The notes beneath the pieces are model-generated. The model saw only the letters and a program-made list of their open reading frames with translations. It was not told the origin of the DNA and made no database searches. Shown here in pieces: positions 8,393 through 17,659 of a stretch of 54,009 nucleotides of DNA (the first letter of the stretch is position 1; the number at the start of each line of letters is the position of its first letter). This DNA is from a virus. Its lineage: Duplodnaviria > Caudoviricetes. The position numbers and the translations under genes were made by a program. The DNA lies in the IMG/VR virus record IMGVR_UViG_3300018089_000003, positions 1-54,009 of that record, one strand, 5' to 3'.

Positions 8393-10029
8393 TGCTCGCT
8401 GCGCGCCACCGCGGGCAGGCTCAGCGCCTCCGCACGTTCCACTTGGACGCTCCGGTGGGCGGCGACGACACGGTCAGCCCGGGCCTAGCGATCCCGGCCT
8501 CAAACTCGATCTTCTCCTACAACTGCATCGGTGCCGAGTACGGTCTGCGCTCTCGGTTGGGCTGGCGGGAATGGGCGATCCTCGGGACCGGCGAGCAGGT
8601 GCGGAGCCTGCTGCCGTACACCGGCAGCACCGGAGACGGCTCCGCGAATCGCCTGTTCGCCTGCACCACCTCCGGCATCTGGGACGTGAGCGCCTCGGGC
8701 GACACGTCCGGGCATGGCGTGGCGCCCACGCAGGTCGTCACGTTCGGCACACAGAACGGCGACTCCGGGTGGGGGTCGTCGACCGTCTTCGTGAACGCTG
8801 CCGGTGCTCACTTCCTCGTCTACTGCGACGAGGCGAACGGCTATTACTCGTACGCCGAGAGCGGCTCAACGTGGACGGCTGGAGGCATCGCCGGGACGGC
8901 GATCTCCGGCGCTGATCCGGCCAAGCTGGTGTCGGTGCTGCCCTGGAAAAACCGGCTGTGGTTCGTCGAGCGGGACTCCTCGCGCGGTTGGTACCTCGAC
9001 ATCGGAGCCGTGTCAGGGGCCGCAACCGCATTCGTCTTCGGGTCCCGCTTCCAGCGCGGCGGCGACCTCCGATCCCTGGCCTCGTGGACCGGCGACGGCG
9101 GGGCCGGCATCGACGATTTGCTGGTGTCGATCAGCGGCGGCGGCGACGTGCTGGTCTACCAGGGCACGGACCCCGCCAGCGCAAGCACGTTCGCGCTCAA
9201 GGGCGTGTGGTACGCAGGGTCGGTGCCGGCGGGCCGGCGGCTCACGACCGACAACGGCGGCGACCTGCTGCTGATGACGAGCACCGGCGTGCTGCCGGTG
9301 AGCCGGCTCACCACCGGTGTGAACCCGATCCAGGACCGCAGCCTCTACAGCACCGAGCGGATTGCCAACCTCTGGAACCAACTCCAAGTCCAGAGCTCGA
9401 GCCTGCGGGGCTGGGCGATGCGCATTCACCCTCAGGACAGTGCGCTGATGGTGCTGGCGCCAACGACCTCCGGGCAGCCCTCGCAGCCGCTCGTGATGAG
9501 CCTCATCACCCGGGGCTGGCACCGGTACCGCGACATGCCGATCGGCGTCTGCGCGGAGCCCTGGGGTGGCACGCTCTACTTCGGCACCGAGGATGGGCGC
9601 GTCTGCGTGAACGACGGGTACCTCGATGGCGTGCTGCTCTCGGACCCGAACAGCTACACGCCGATCGACTGGAGCGCGCTCACTGCGGCGTCGAACCTCG
9701 GAGCGCCGACGAATAAGCGCATCAACTGGATCGACGCGGAGGTCGTGAGCCAGGGCGGCGCTGTCCCTCTGAACGCGGAGGCTCGGTACAACCTCGACAT
9801 GAGCGAGGCGGCGATCCCGAGCTCGACCACCAGCACGACCAGCGCGGCCGTTTGGGGCACGTCACTGTGGGATACGGGCGTCTGGGGCGGTGCCTACGAG
9901 ACGCAGCGGCGGCGCTTCGGAGCCTACGGGACGGGCCGAGAGGTCGCGGTTGCCGTGCGTGGGCTCGCCACGTCGCGCATGACGCTCGTGGGGCTCGACA
10001 TCGGGTGGGAGCAAGGGGGGCTGCGATGA
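8392..10029 (+). CDS. Tail nozzle / DNA stabilization protein (P22 gp10-like)
   Basis: APVGG start, WKNRLWFVE, YQGTDP, W....WD...W motifs; TGATG coupling at 8392 (the ORF-track start at 7351 is too long). Confidence 0.8.
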   Translation: MLAARHRGQAQRLRTFHLDAPVGGDDTVSPGLAIPASNSIFSYNCIGAEYGLRSRLGWREWAILGTGEQVRSLLPYTGSTGDGSANRLFACTTSGIWDVSASGDTSGHGVAPTQVVTFGTQNGDSGWGSSTVFVNAAGAHFLVYCDEANGYYSYAESGSTWTAGGIAGTAISGADPAKLVSVLPWKNRLWFVERDSSRGWYLDIGAVSGAATAFVFGSRFQRGGDLRSLASWTGDGGAGIDDLLVSISGGGDVLVYQGTDPASASTFALKGVWYAGSVPAGRRLTTDNGGDLLLMTSTGVLPVSRLTTGVNPIQDRSLYSTERIANLWNQLQVQSSSLRGWAMRIHPQDSALMVLAPTTSGQPSQPLVMSLITRGWHRYRDMPIGVCAEPWGGTLYFGTEDGRVCVNDGYLDGVLLSDPNSYTPIDWSALTAASNLGAPTNKRINWIDAEVVSQGGAVPLNAEARYNLDMSEAAIPSSTTSTTSAAVWGTSLWDTGVWGGAYETQRRRFGAYGTGREVAVAVRGLATSRMTLVGLDIGWEQGGLR

Positions 10030-10472
10030 AGTGGCAGATCGCTCCGCCGGACCATCTTCCCTGGCTCGCCAGGCGCGCCAAGCTCTCGATCGGGCCGAAC
10101 CTCCGCGCGCTCGAGGTCATCGACGACACCGGCTCGATCCGTGGAATGGTGGGGCTCGACGTCGGCGTCCCGAACAGCGTCGCCTTCCATATCGCCCTCG
10201 ACTCCCCGATCGCCCTGCGCCGCGTGATGCGCGAGGCGTTCGCGCTCGCATTCCAGGGGCTCGGGAAGCAGGTGGCGACCTGCATCGTCATTGGGAGCAA
10301 CGCGCGGTCCAGGCGGCTCGTTGAGCACCTCGGGTTCCGGCTCGTCTTCACGGGCCGCGACTACTGGGCGCCCGGCGAAGACATGCTCCTGTACGAGATG
10401 CGCCGCGAGGAGTGCCGGCTGCTCAACCCGGCGGCATCGCAGGGCGAAACTGTACATGAGGAGGCGGCCTGA
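10026..10472 (+). CDS. GNAT-family acetyltransferase-like tail-module protein
   Basis: N.RSRRLVEHLGF motif; conserved position after nozzle gene; ATGA overlap. Confidence 0.7.
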   Translation: MKWQIAPPDHLPWLARRAKLSIGPNLRALEVIDDTGSIRGMVGLDVGVPNSVAFHIALDSPIALRRVMREAFALAFQGLGKQVATCIVIGSNARSRRLVEHLGFRLVFTGRDYWAPGEDMLLYEMRREECRLLNPAASQGETVHEEAA

Positions 10473-11428
10473 TGGGTGGGAGTTCCTTTGGAAAGGGGAG
10501 CAGCGCGCCCGCGGCACCTGACTTCAACGCTGCAGCCCAGCAGCAGGCGCAGTCGTCCCAGAACGCCGTCAACCAGCAGACTGCGGCGAACAGGCCGAAT
10601 CAGACCAACGCCTTCGGCGCGTCGACCGTGTGGGGTAGCGGACCCAACGGTCAGCCGACGCAGACCACTTCCTTCGGCGGCCCGCTCGCGGCCGGAGTGG
10701 GCAGCCTCGAGAGCCAGATCGGCTCGCAGGGCGCGCTCGGCACCGGAGACCAGGCGCGGAACCAGGCCATCAACGCGACGTATGGCCAGATGACGTCCCG
10801 GCTCGACCCGCAGTGGGCGCAGCGGGATGAGCAGACGCGCGCGCAGCTCGCCGCGCAGGGCCTCGACCCGGGAAGCCAGGCGTACGACACCGCCATGGGC
10901 AACCTCGGGCGCGAGCGGAACGACGCGTACACGAGCGCGCTCAACAACTCGATCGCGAACGCGAACCAGGCGCAGGCGCTCACGTTCGGCCAGAACCTGC
11001 AATCCCAGATGGCCCCCTACCAGCAGCTCGGCGCGCTCCAGGGGCTCTCGGGGCAGGCCGGGTTCAGCCAGGCCGGACAGGCGCAGCCGACGCAGTACCT
11101 GCCGGCGGCGATGGCGGGGTACCAGGGCGCCCTCCAGGGCTACGGAATCGACCAGCAGGGCAAGAACAGCGCGATGGGCGGCCTCTCGAGTCTTGGCGGC
11201 ACGGCAGCCATGGCGGGCGCCATGTCCGACGAGCGGCTCAAGGACAACATCGAGCGCCTCCCGGACGAGGCGATCCCGGGCGTGCACTGGGCGCGCTGGA
11301 AGTGGAAGACCGGCGGCGACGGATTCGGGGTCATCGCCCAGGACCTCGAGCGCGTCCGGCCGGATCTCGTGACGATGCGGGACGGGTTCCGAGTGGTGGA
11401 CTATGGCGGGCTGCTGGCTGGGAGGTAG
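10472..11428 (+). CDS. Internal virion/DNA ejection protein with C-terminal peptidase S74-like chaperone domain
   Basis: Gln/Gly/Ala-rich body; SDERLKDNI...GVIAQDLE.VRPDLV...VDY. Confidence 0.75.
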   Translation: MGGSSFGKGSSAPAAPDFNAAAQQQAQSSQNAVNQQTAANRPNQTNAFGASTVWGSGPNGQPTQTTSFGGPLAAGVGSLESQIGSQGALGTGDQARNQAINATYGQMTSRLDPQWAQRDEQTRAQLAAQGLDPGSQAYDTAMGNLGRERNDAYTSALNNSIANANQAQALTFGQNLQSQMAPYQQLGALQGLSGQAGFSQAGQAQPTQYLPAAMAGYQGALQGYGIDQQGKNSAMGGLSSLGGTAAMAGAMSDERLKDNIERLPDEAIPGVHWARWKWKTGGDGFGVIAQDLERVRPDLVTMRDGFRVVDYGGLLAGR

Positions 11429-11431
11429 AGC

Positions 11432-11647
11432 ATGGACGAGGACGCGCTGATGCAGGCGGCGAGCGGTGGCAGTCCCCTGGCGGCGGCCATGCGTCGCGCC
11501 CAAGGTAAGCAGTCAGGGCCTGCGTTGCTTGACGTAGCGTCGATGCTGCCTAGCGTTGCAGGGGCGCCGTCTATGTCCGGAAGCGTCCCGATGATGGGCC
11601 CTGCGGCGGCGCTCCCTGGCGCAATCTCGCTGCTCCGGAGGCTGTGA
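11432..11647 (+). CDS. Small hypothetical protein
   Basis: 71-aa ORF, GGAGG RBS, coupled to next gene. Confidence 0.5.
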   Translation: MDEDALMQAASGGSPLAAAMRRAQGKQSGPALLDVASMLPSVAGAPSMSGSVPMMGPAAALPGAISLLRRL

Positions 11648-12060
11648 TGGACGAAGATCTCCTGTACCAGATGCTGAGCGACCCACAGATGGCGGCGGCA
11701 CTCGCCGCGATGGGCTCGTACGGCGATCGGCAGGCGCTCGAGGGCCAGCAGGCGGAGCGCGGCCAGGGCCTCTACGCCACGCCGACCGCCCAGGGGCGCC
11801 AGGTAGGCAACACCTACGTCGCGGCGAGCCCGTGGGAGCACCTCGGAGTGGCCGCGCAGAAGGCGCTGGGAGCGAAGCAGCTCGGCGACGCGGTCAGCCA
11901 GCAGCGCGCCCTCCTGCAGCAGGACATGGCCACGCGCCAGCGCTTCGGGAGCTCCCTTGCGGATGCGATGCGGCGCTCGAGGCAAGCGCAGCCGCAGGCA
12001 TTCGACCCCCGTGACGCTGGGTGGTACTCGGGGATCGACAACCCTGACAACTACGGGTAA
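11644..12060 (+). CDS. Putative DNA ejection protein
   Basis: Q/A-rich, G.TYVAASPWEHL motif; internal-protein cluster. Confidence 0.6.
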   Translation: MMDEDLLYQMLSDPQMAAALAAMGSYGDRQALEGQQAERGQGLYATPTAQGRQVGNTYVAASPWEHLGVAAQKALGAKQLGDAVSQQRALLQQDMATRQRFGSSLADAMRRSRQAQPQAFDPRDAGWYSGIDNPDNYG

Positions 12061-12063
12061 ACG

Positions 12064-13353
12064 ATGGACGCTGGCGACCTGATGGACCTGTACACCTCCG
12101 ACGATCCGTCGATGGCTCGCGCCCGCGCGGACGCCATGAGCCGGAACGCGCAAGGGCTACAGGGCGCAGGGCTCGTCCTTCGCTCTCTGGCCGGCCAGCG
12201 AGACCCGACGGGCGGCCTCCTCTCGCAGATCGGCCAGCACGAGGAGGACCAGCTCGCGCAGGCGGCACAGCACCGGGCCCAGATGGACGTGCAGCGCCAG
12301 CACTACGCGAACGAGTCCGCGTGGCGGAATGCGATGCTGGGCGTCAACCAGCAGAAGGCGGACCAAGCTGGCTCACTGCTCGCACTCAAGGCGGGAGAGG
12401 TCAAGCCCATGCAGGACGCATGGGGGAACATTGTCACTCCAAGGAAATACCAAGTCAGCCCAGGGCTTCTGGCGGGGCAGGGGCAGGCCGGAGGCGACGC
12501 GGCGCAGCCGGGGCCGTCCCGAAGGCTCCTCGTGAATCCGAACGCGCCACGACAGCCGGCGCCGGCCGCCTCGAGCGCGCAGCCCGCTGGCGGTGCTGCT
12601 GCGGTCGGGCCTCCGCCCGGATCCGGAATGTCTCAGGACGCATTCGACCAGGCGGCAGAGCAGTATTACCGGCAGGGTAAGGCGGGTCACTACGGCAAGG
12701 CCCAGGGCATCATGGAGCGCGCGTTCCGGGGCCGGATCGCCCAGCTTCACCCGGGCGAGGACCTGGCGTCCACGCAGGGGGCCTTCACCGCGGACACGGC
12801 CTCGCTCAAGAAGCAGCAGCAGCTGCTCGACCTGACGCAGAGCTGGGAGAACACCGGCAAGGCAAACCTGGACATCCTGCGCGAGGTTTCCGGTGGGCTC
12901 GTCAACACCGGGAGTCCTCTCGCGAACCGGCCGCTTAGGTGGCTCTACCAGAACGCCGCTGGCGATCCGAGCGTGACGAAGTTCCACGCCGCGCACTCGG
13001 CGGTAGTGAACGAGTACGCGAAGATCTTGTCCGGCAACACCGGCGGTGGAGGCGTAACCGAGGGCGCTCGCCACGAGGCCGAGGCGATGTTGCCGCTCGA
13101 CTCGACTCCCGAGCAGATCGCGGCGGCGGCGGACGTGCTCGAGAGGGACGCTGGGAACCGCCTCTCCGCGCTCAAGGGGCAGGCTGCGGCTACGCAGGCG
13201 CGAATGGGCCACAAGACCTCGCCTGTGGCTGCTCCGGCTGGCGCGGCGGCGCCGGCAGCCGAGATCCCCACCGTGCAGAGCCCCGAGGAGGCACGGAAGC
13301 TCGCGCCGGGGACGAGGTTCAAGACTCCTGACGGAAGGGTCCTGGTGCGCTGA
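12064..13353 (+). CDS. Putative DNA ejection (pilot) protein
   Basis: 429 aa helical, ends L.PGTRFKTPDGRV; synteny. Confidence 0.65.
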   Translation: MDAGDLMDLYTSDDPSMARARADAMSRNAQGLQGAGLVLRSLAGQRDPTGGLLSQIGQHEEDQLAQAAQHRAQMDVQRQHYANESAWRNAMLGVNQQKADQAGSLLALKAGEVKPMQDAWGNIVTPRKYQVSPGLLAGQGQAGGDAAQPGPSRRLLVNPNAPRQPAPAASSAQPAGGAAAVGPPPGSGMSQDAFDQAAEQYYRQGKAGHYGKAQGIMERAFRGRIAQLHPGEDLASTQGAFTADTASLKKQQQLLDLTQSWENTGKANLDILREVSGGLVNTGSPLANRPLRWLYQNAAGDPSVTKFHAAHSAVVNEYAKILSGNTGGGGVTEGARHEAEAMLPLDSTPEQIAAAADVLERDAGNRLSALKGQAAATQARMGHKTSPVAAPAGAAAPAAEIPTVQSPEEARKLAPGTRFKTPDGRVLVR

Positions 13354-14894
13354 TGGCCGACCAGTGGGCCGAGTTCAAGAACGCCGCGCCGGCGGACCCG
13401 TGGTCGGAGTTCCAGCCAGCTGCGGACGCCAGCAACCTCGCGCACGCCGGGGCAAGGGCGCCAGACATCGGCAGAACGGCAGCGTTCGGGCGCGGCGCAG
13501 CCCAGGGCGCGACGCTAGGGTTCGGCGACGAGCTTCAAGGGCTCATTCAGGCTGCGCTGCCGGTTCCCGGAGACGCCGGCACGTTCGCCGAGCGGTATCG
13601 TCGGGAGCGCGATGCGGCGCGCGCCGCGAACGAGGCCGCCAAGCAGGCGCATCCGGTTCTGTACCGGGTCGGCAATGTGGCCGGAGGAGCAGCGCCCACC
13701 CTGCTCGCTCCGGCGGCCAAGGCAGCGCAGGGCGCGAGCCTTCTGACGCGCGCAGGGGTCGGCGCGCTCAACGCGGCGCCGATGGGAGCTGCGTTCGGAG
13801 CCGGAGAGTCCACGGCTGCCACGCCTGGCGGTATCGCCACGGATGCGGCCCTTGGTGCCGCCGGCGGCGCAGCTCTTGGCGCCGCTACGCCGGTGGTCGG
13901 AGGGCTGCTCAAGAAGGGGGCGGCCGAGGCAGCCGAAGGCCTAGGCGGCCGAGCCCTGCGCTACGGCCGAAACGCCATCGCTGGCGTGACCAACGCTCTG
14001 GCGCGCCGCAAGCCGCTCGCGCCCGAGGCTGTGGAGGCGGCATTCCAGGCTGGTGCGATCCGGCCCGGGTCGACCGTCGAGGGCATCGCCAACCGCCTAC
14101 AGGAGGCCGCCGATCCGCTCGCGGACCGCTACGGCCAGATTCTGCGAGACCTTGAGGCCAAGGGCGTGACGGGCCCGAACGCGGCGAAGATGGCTGGCGA
14201 TCTCTTGGCGGAAGCGCAGCAGGCATCGAACAATTCCATCATCGGGACGCGGGCCGAGGCCCTCGCCGACACCGGAAGGAAGCTCCTCAGCAAGCCTACC
14301 GCGGGCGTGGCGCCTGGCGGCGATCTGGGGCTCATGCAGACCGAGCTCATGAAGCGCGAGCTGCAGAACGCCGCGGCCGGAGACTTCGTGAAGGAGGGCC
14401 GTCTATCGCTGTCGGGGGCGGCGCGCAAAGAGATCGCGGGGCGATTCAAGGGTGCGATCGAGGATGCCGTTGCTCAGCAGGCGCAGAAGGCGCCCGACGA
14501 GGCGGCTGCGTTCGTTCCCGTCAAGGAGCAGCTCCACAACACGCTCCAGGCCCTCGGTGCGGCGAGAGAAGGCGCCGGCAGGTACGCGCGCCGCTCGCCG
14601 TTCGGGCTCCACGAGGCGATGGGGCTCGCGACCGGCATCGCCACCGGGAACCCGGCGGAGGCCGTGGGGTCGCTCGGGCTGATGCACGCACTCAAGGAGC
14701 GCGGGTCCTCGACAGCGGCGTGGCTGGCTCGCCAGGGCGCCCAAGGGGCGCGACGCCTGGCGGGCGTCGAGGCTGCTCGAGCTCCGCAGTCGGCCGTGCT
14801 CGCGCTCAACCCGGAGGTTTCGGCGCTGGCCGAGGCGATGCGTCGCGCGCGGGTGGCTGGTCCGCTGCCCGCGGAGGCGGAGGATCAACAGTGA
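13353..14894 (+). CDS. Putative DNA ejection protein
   Basis: DPWSEF N-terminus, RGAAQGATLGFGDEL, Gly/Ala-rich hydrophobic segments. Confidence 0.7.
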   Translation: MADQWAEFKNAAPADPWSEFQPAADASNLAHAGARAPDIGRTAAFGRGAAQGATLGFGDELQGLIQAALPVPGDAGTFAERYRRERDAARAANEAAKQAHPVLYRVGNVAGGAAPTLLAPAAKAAQGASLLTRAGVGALNAAPMGAAFGAGESTAATPGGIATDAALGAAGGAALGAATPVVGGLLKKGAAEAAEGLGGRALRYGRNAIAGVTNALARRKPLAPEAVEAAFQAGAIRPGSTVEGIANRLQEAADPLADRYGQILRDLEAKGVTGPNAAKMAGDLLAEAQQASNNSIIGTRAEALADTGRKLLSKPTAGVAPGGDLGLMQTELMKRELQNAAAGDFVKEGRLSLSGAARKEIAGRFKGAIEDAVAQQAQKAPDEAAAFVPVKEQLHNTLQALGAAREGAGRYARRSPFGLHEAMGLATGIATGNPAEAVGSLGLMHALKERGSSTAAWLARQGAQGARRLAGVEAARAPQSAVLALNPEVSALAEAMRRARVAGPLPAEAEDQQ

Positions 14895-14986
14895 TCCGGC
14901 ACCACCAAAACAGGAACGCCACCGCCAGGCGCAGAAGCATTCGGAGCACGTACCGCAGCCGCGACATGGAACGGAGATCCTAGCAC

Positions 14987-15871
14987 ATGCCCCGCAACTC
15001 AAGCGGCACGTACTCCCCGCCCAGTGGGCAGCCGGTGGTGTCCGGGACGGTCGTCTCGGCGGCGACGCAGAACACCCTCGTCAACGACATCGGCACCGAG
15101 CTGACGGACTCTGCCAGCCGCAGCGGGAAGGGCGGGTTCACGGCTCCGGTGCGCGGCGCGGACGGTTCGCTGTCAGCGCCGACGTTCTCGTTCACGAACG
15201 AGACCGGCTCGGGCTGGTACCGCGTCGCGTCCAACATCATCGCGTGGGTGATCGCGGGCGTGGAGCGGTTGCGGGCTACGGCTACTGGCGTGGCGGTGAC
15301 GGGGACGCTGAGTTCTACCGGGACGCTATCCTCCACTGCGTCCCTTTTACTGAACGGCAGCGGAAACCAAAACATCTACAAGTCCAGCGGCGGCAATCTC
15401 TTTGTCGGCAGTTCCGACGCGAGCGAATGGTACCTGGTGCAGAACGGGATCAGCCGCGCGAAGGTCACAGCCACCGGCGTTGACATGCAGGGCTACCCTA
15501 TTAGCAACTGCGCTTCGCCGGCAAGTTCTGACCAGGCATCGACGAAGGGGTACGTTGACGCGACTAGGCCGAAGGCGTATGGGGTCCTGTCGGTAGGGTC
15601 GGCAGGCGCGGTCACGGTAGGTGCGGGGAGCTTCAATATCGCCAGCGCCAGCTACTCCGGGTCAACGCTGACGATTACATTGTCGTCGGCGCTGCCAAAC
15701 TCTAGCGGCGCGGTCGTGGCCCTATTCCAGGCAAACACGTTCAGTGCTGCATCGCTCACAGGATCCGTTAACACCGCCAGCAGCGTGAGCCTTACCCCGT
15801 ACGATGCTTCGTTTGTCGCAAAGAACTGGAGCCTGGGAGTAAACGTGAATGTAGTCGTCTTCGGGAGCTAA
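14987..15871 (+). CDS. Tail fibre protein
   Basis: MPRNSSGTYS.P N-terminal anchor typical of podophage fibres, ASTKGYVD motif, Ser/Thr-rich tip. Confidence 0.75.
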   Translation: MPRNSSGTYSPPSGQPVVSGTVVSAATQNTLVNDIGTELTDSASRSGKGGFTAPVRGADGSLSAPTFSFTNETGSGWYRVASNIIAWVIAGVERLRATATGVAVTGTLSSTGTLSSTASLLLNGSGNQNIYKSSGGNLFVGSSDASEWYLVQNGISRAKVTATGVDMQGYPISNCASPASSDQASTKGYVDATRPKAYGVLSVGSAGAVTVGAGSFNIASASYSGSTLTITLSSALPNSSGAVVALFQANTFSAASLTGSVNTASSVSLTPYDASFVAKNWSLGVNVNVVVFGS

Positions 15872-16092
15872 TGGCGGCACCAAGCCAAAGAGCCCGGGGA
15901 TGGCGCACAGGTCCGAGCGGCCGAATCGGACGAGACGGAGCACCACGCGAGAAGGCCGCCGTGTGCGTCGAACCACATTTCCTGGTGCCCCCCGTCTGCG
16001 GCCGGGTGAACGCTCATGCTCGCGATACATGGCGCGTCCGGCCCCCCGCACGCCGCCAGTATCATCACGACCACGATCGCCAGTTTCTTCAT
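15868..16092 (-). CDS. Small lipoprotein (74 aa), moron-like
   Basis: MKKLAIVVVMILAAC lipobox signal; GGAGG RBS; antisense to late operon. Confidence 0.7.
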   Translation of the reverse strand: MKKLAIVVVMILAACGGPDAPCIASMSVHPAADGGHQEMWFDAHGGLLAWCSVSSDSAARTCAPSPGSLAWCRH

Positions 16093-16164
16093 GCTGCCTC
16101 CTAGGCCCATAGACCCTACGCCCATAGCGAAAAGAGAACCAGCCCAAAGGGGCGGTACACGGCT

Positions 16165-16201
16165 CAACCCGGCGGGATGAGGGACGTATCCTGGGTAGGT
16201 G
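16165..16201 (+). promoter_or_regulatory. Putative leaderless late promoter for lysis cassette
   Basis: CAACCCG-N15-TATCCT-N6-GTG; same architecture at 47452-47489. Confidence 0.5.
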
Positions 16202-16594
16202 AGCGAGCGCTGGGTGTATGTGCAGTCGACGGGTGAGCTCTGGCGCGGCGCGGAGCTGGCAGGCCGCGGCTACTCCGGGGCCGGCGACGCGAAGAACCGG
16301 CCCGAGTGCCAGGACCAGCACGGCAGAGGGCCGATCCCGTGCGGCTGGTGGCGGATGGGGCCGGCGATTCACCATGCCCACCTCGGCCCGCTCTCGATCC
16401 CGCTCGCGCCGTGCGAGGGGACCCAGACCTTCGGCCGGTCCGCGTTCTTTTGCCATGGCGACTCGCTGAGCGCCCCGGGGACGGCCAGTGAAGGCTGCGT
16501 TATCATGCCGCACGACGTACGGGCGGCCCTAGCCGCGAGCCCCGATCGCATACTCGAGGTCGTGGCCGTGCGGCTGGCCCAGGAGGTCGCGTGA
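16199..16594 (+). CDS. Tlde1/DUF2778-like L,D-transpeptidase-fold protein, probable endolysin
   Basis: GYSG, GPIP.G.W, GRSAFF.HGD...SEGC motifs; first gene of lysis cassette. Confidence 0.75.
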   Translation: MSERWVYVQSTGELWRGAELAGRGYSGAGDAKNRPECQDQHGRGPIPCGWWRMGPAIHHAHLGPLSIPLAPCEGTQTFGRSAFFCHGDSLSAPGTASEGCVIMPHDVRAALAASPDRILEVVAVRLAQEVA

Positions 16595-17034
16595 TCGCCT
16601 GGCTCAAGATCTGGTTCTCGAACCTTGTCTTCGCGCTCAAGTGCCGCGCTGGCTTCCGGCTTCTCGAGTACATCGGAAGCGTGACCGGCATGGTCAAGGC
16701 CCTCGAGATGGCGGAGGACGGGGATTGCTGCTTCGACCTCGTCATCGACGGGCCGCCCTCGCCGCTGCTTGCCTACAAGACCAGCGGCGCGACACACATA
16801 TGCGAGACGCTGCACTGCGAGATCGTTCCGGCGGACCGGGCGCGGCTCTCGGCGGAGATCGCCAAACTCAAGATCGGCGTGCGGGTGCGGGTCTCCGGCC
16901 GGCGAGCCTGGGACGGCTGCCACCATGGCAAGGGGCTGCTCTTCGACGCGCTGATGGTGCTGCTCGGCGCGGCGCCTACGCTTGACGGCTGGATCGAGTG
17001 CCATCCTTGCACGTCGCTCGAGGTACTCCAGTAG
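16591..17034 (+). CDS. Hypothetical protein (possibly OB-fold)
   Basis: 147 aa, GTGA coupling, HCEI and WIECHP motifs. Confidence 0.55.
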   Translation: MIAWLKIWFSNLVFALKCRAGFRLLEYIGSVTGMVKALEMAEDGDCCFDLVIDGPPSPLLAYKTSGATHICETLHCEIVPADRARLSAEIAKLKIGVRVRVSGRRAWDGCHHGKGLLFDALMVLLGAAPTLDGWIECHPCTSLEVLQ

Positions 17035-17051
17035 CGCAACCGGAGGGGACC

Positions 17052-17285
17052 GTGGCCATTCAGCTGAGCGAGATCGCCCGCCGAATCAAACAGGACCGCA
17101 TGAAGCTGGCCCGGTACAGCCGAGGCTTTCTGCTTTGGGCGGCCACTACTGTCGGGTTGGTGCTCGCCGCCGGCATCGACGCGGCGTTGACGTGGAGCCC
17201 GAAGCAGTGGGCGGCGCGCCTCGCCGTGGCTGGTCTTGCTGGTGGAGCGGGCCTGATCACGGCCGGCGAGAAGAATCCCAAGTGA
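17052..17285 (+). CDS. Holin-like membrane protein
   Basis: 77 aa, two hydrophobic segments, charged C-terminus; GGAGG RBS. Confidence 0.55.
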   Translation: MAIQLSEIARRIKQDRMKLARYSRGFLLWAATTVGLVLAAGIDAALTWSPKQWAARLAVAGLAGGAGLITAGEKNPK

Positions 17286-17659
17286 CTACCCAAGCGCGCA
17301 TCCTCGGCCTGACCTGGGTCCAGCTCGCGTGCCTGCTCCTTGCGGCCGGCTACCTGACCGTGGAGATTGTCGCGCTCGCCACCGGGGCTAGGCTCATCTC
17401 GCCGACGATGCGGGACGACGCGCGGCGGTGGCTCATCTGGCCGTTCCTGTTCGGCGTCCTTGCGGGCCACTTCTACGGTCCATCATTCCCGCGCGTCGCC
17501 TGGTGGACGCCGCTCGTGATCGCGGGCGTGGGTGCGGCCATCTTCGTCCGTGACCTGCTCATGCGCGGCCGGGTGCCGCTCCCTGTAGAGCCGGCGATCC
17601 TGGCGTGGGGTCTTCTGCTCGGAGCTACGCTCTGGGCGCAGCAGGGCGGTGCTCCGTGA
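17282..17659 (+). CDS. Multi-pass membrane protein (holin/antiholin candidate)
   Basis: About four hydrophobic segments; GTGA coupling. Confidence 0.55.
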   Translation: MTTQARILGLTWVQLACLLLAAGYLTVEIVALATGARLISPTMRDDARRWLIWPFLFGVLAGHFYGPSFPRVAWWTPLVIAGVGAAIFVRDLLMRGRVPLPVEPAILAWGLLLGATLWAQQGGAP

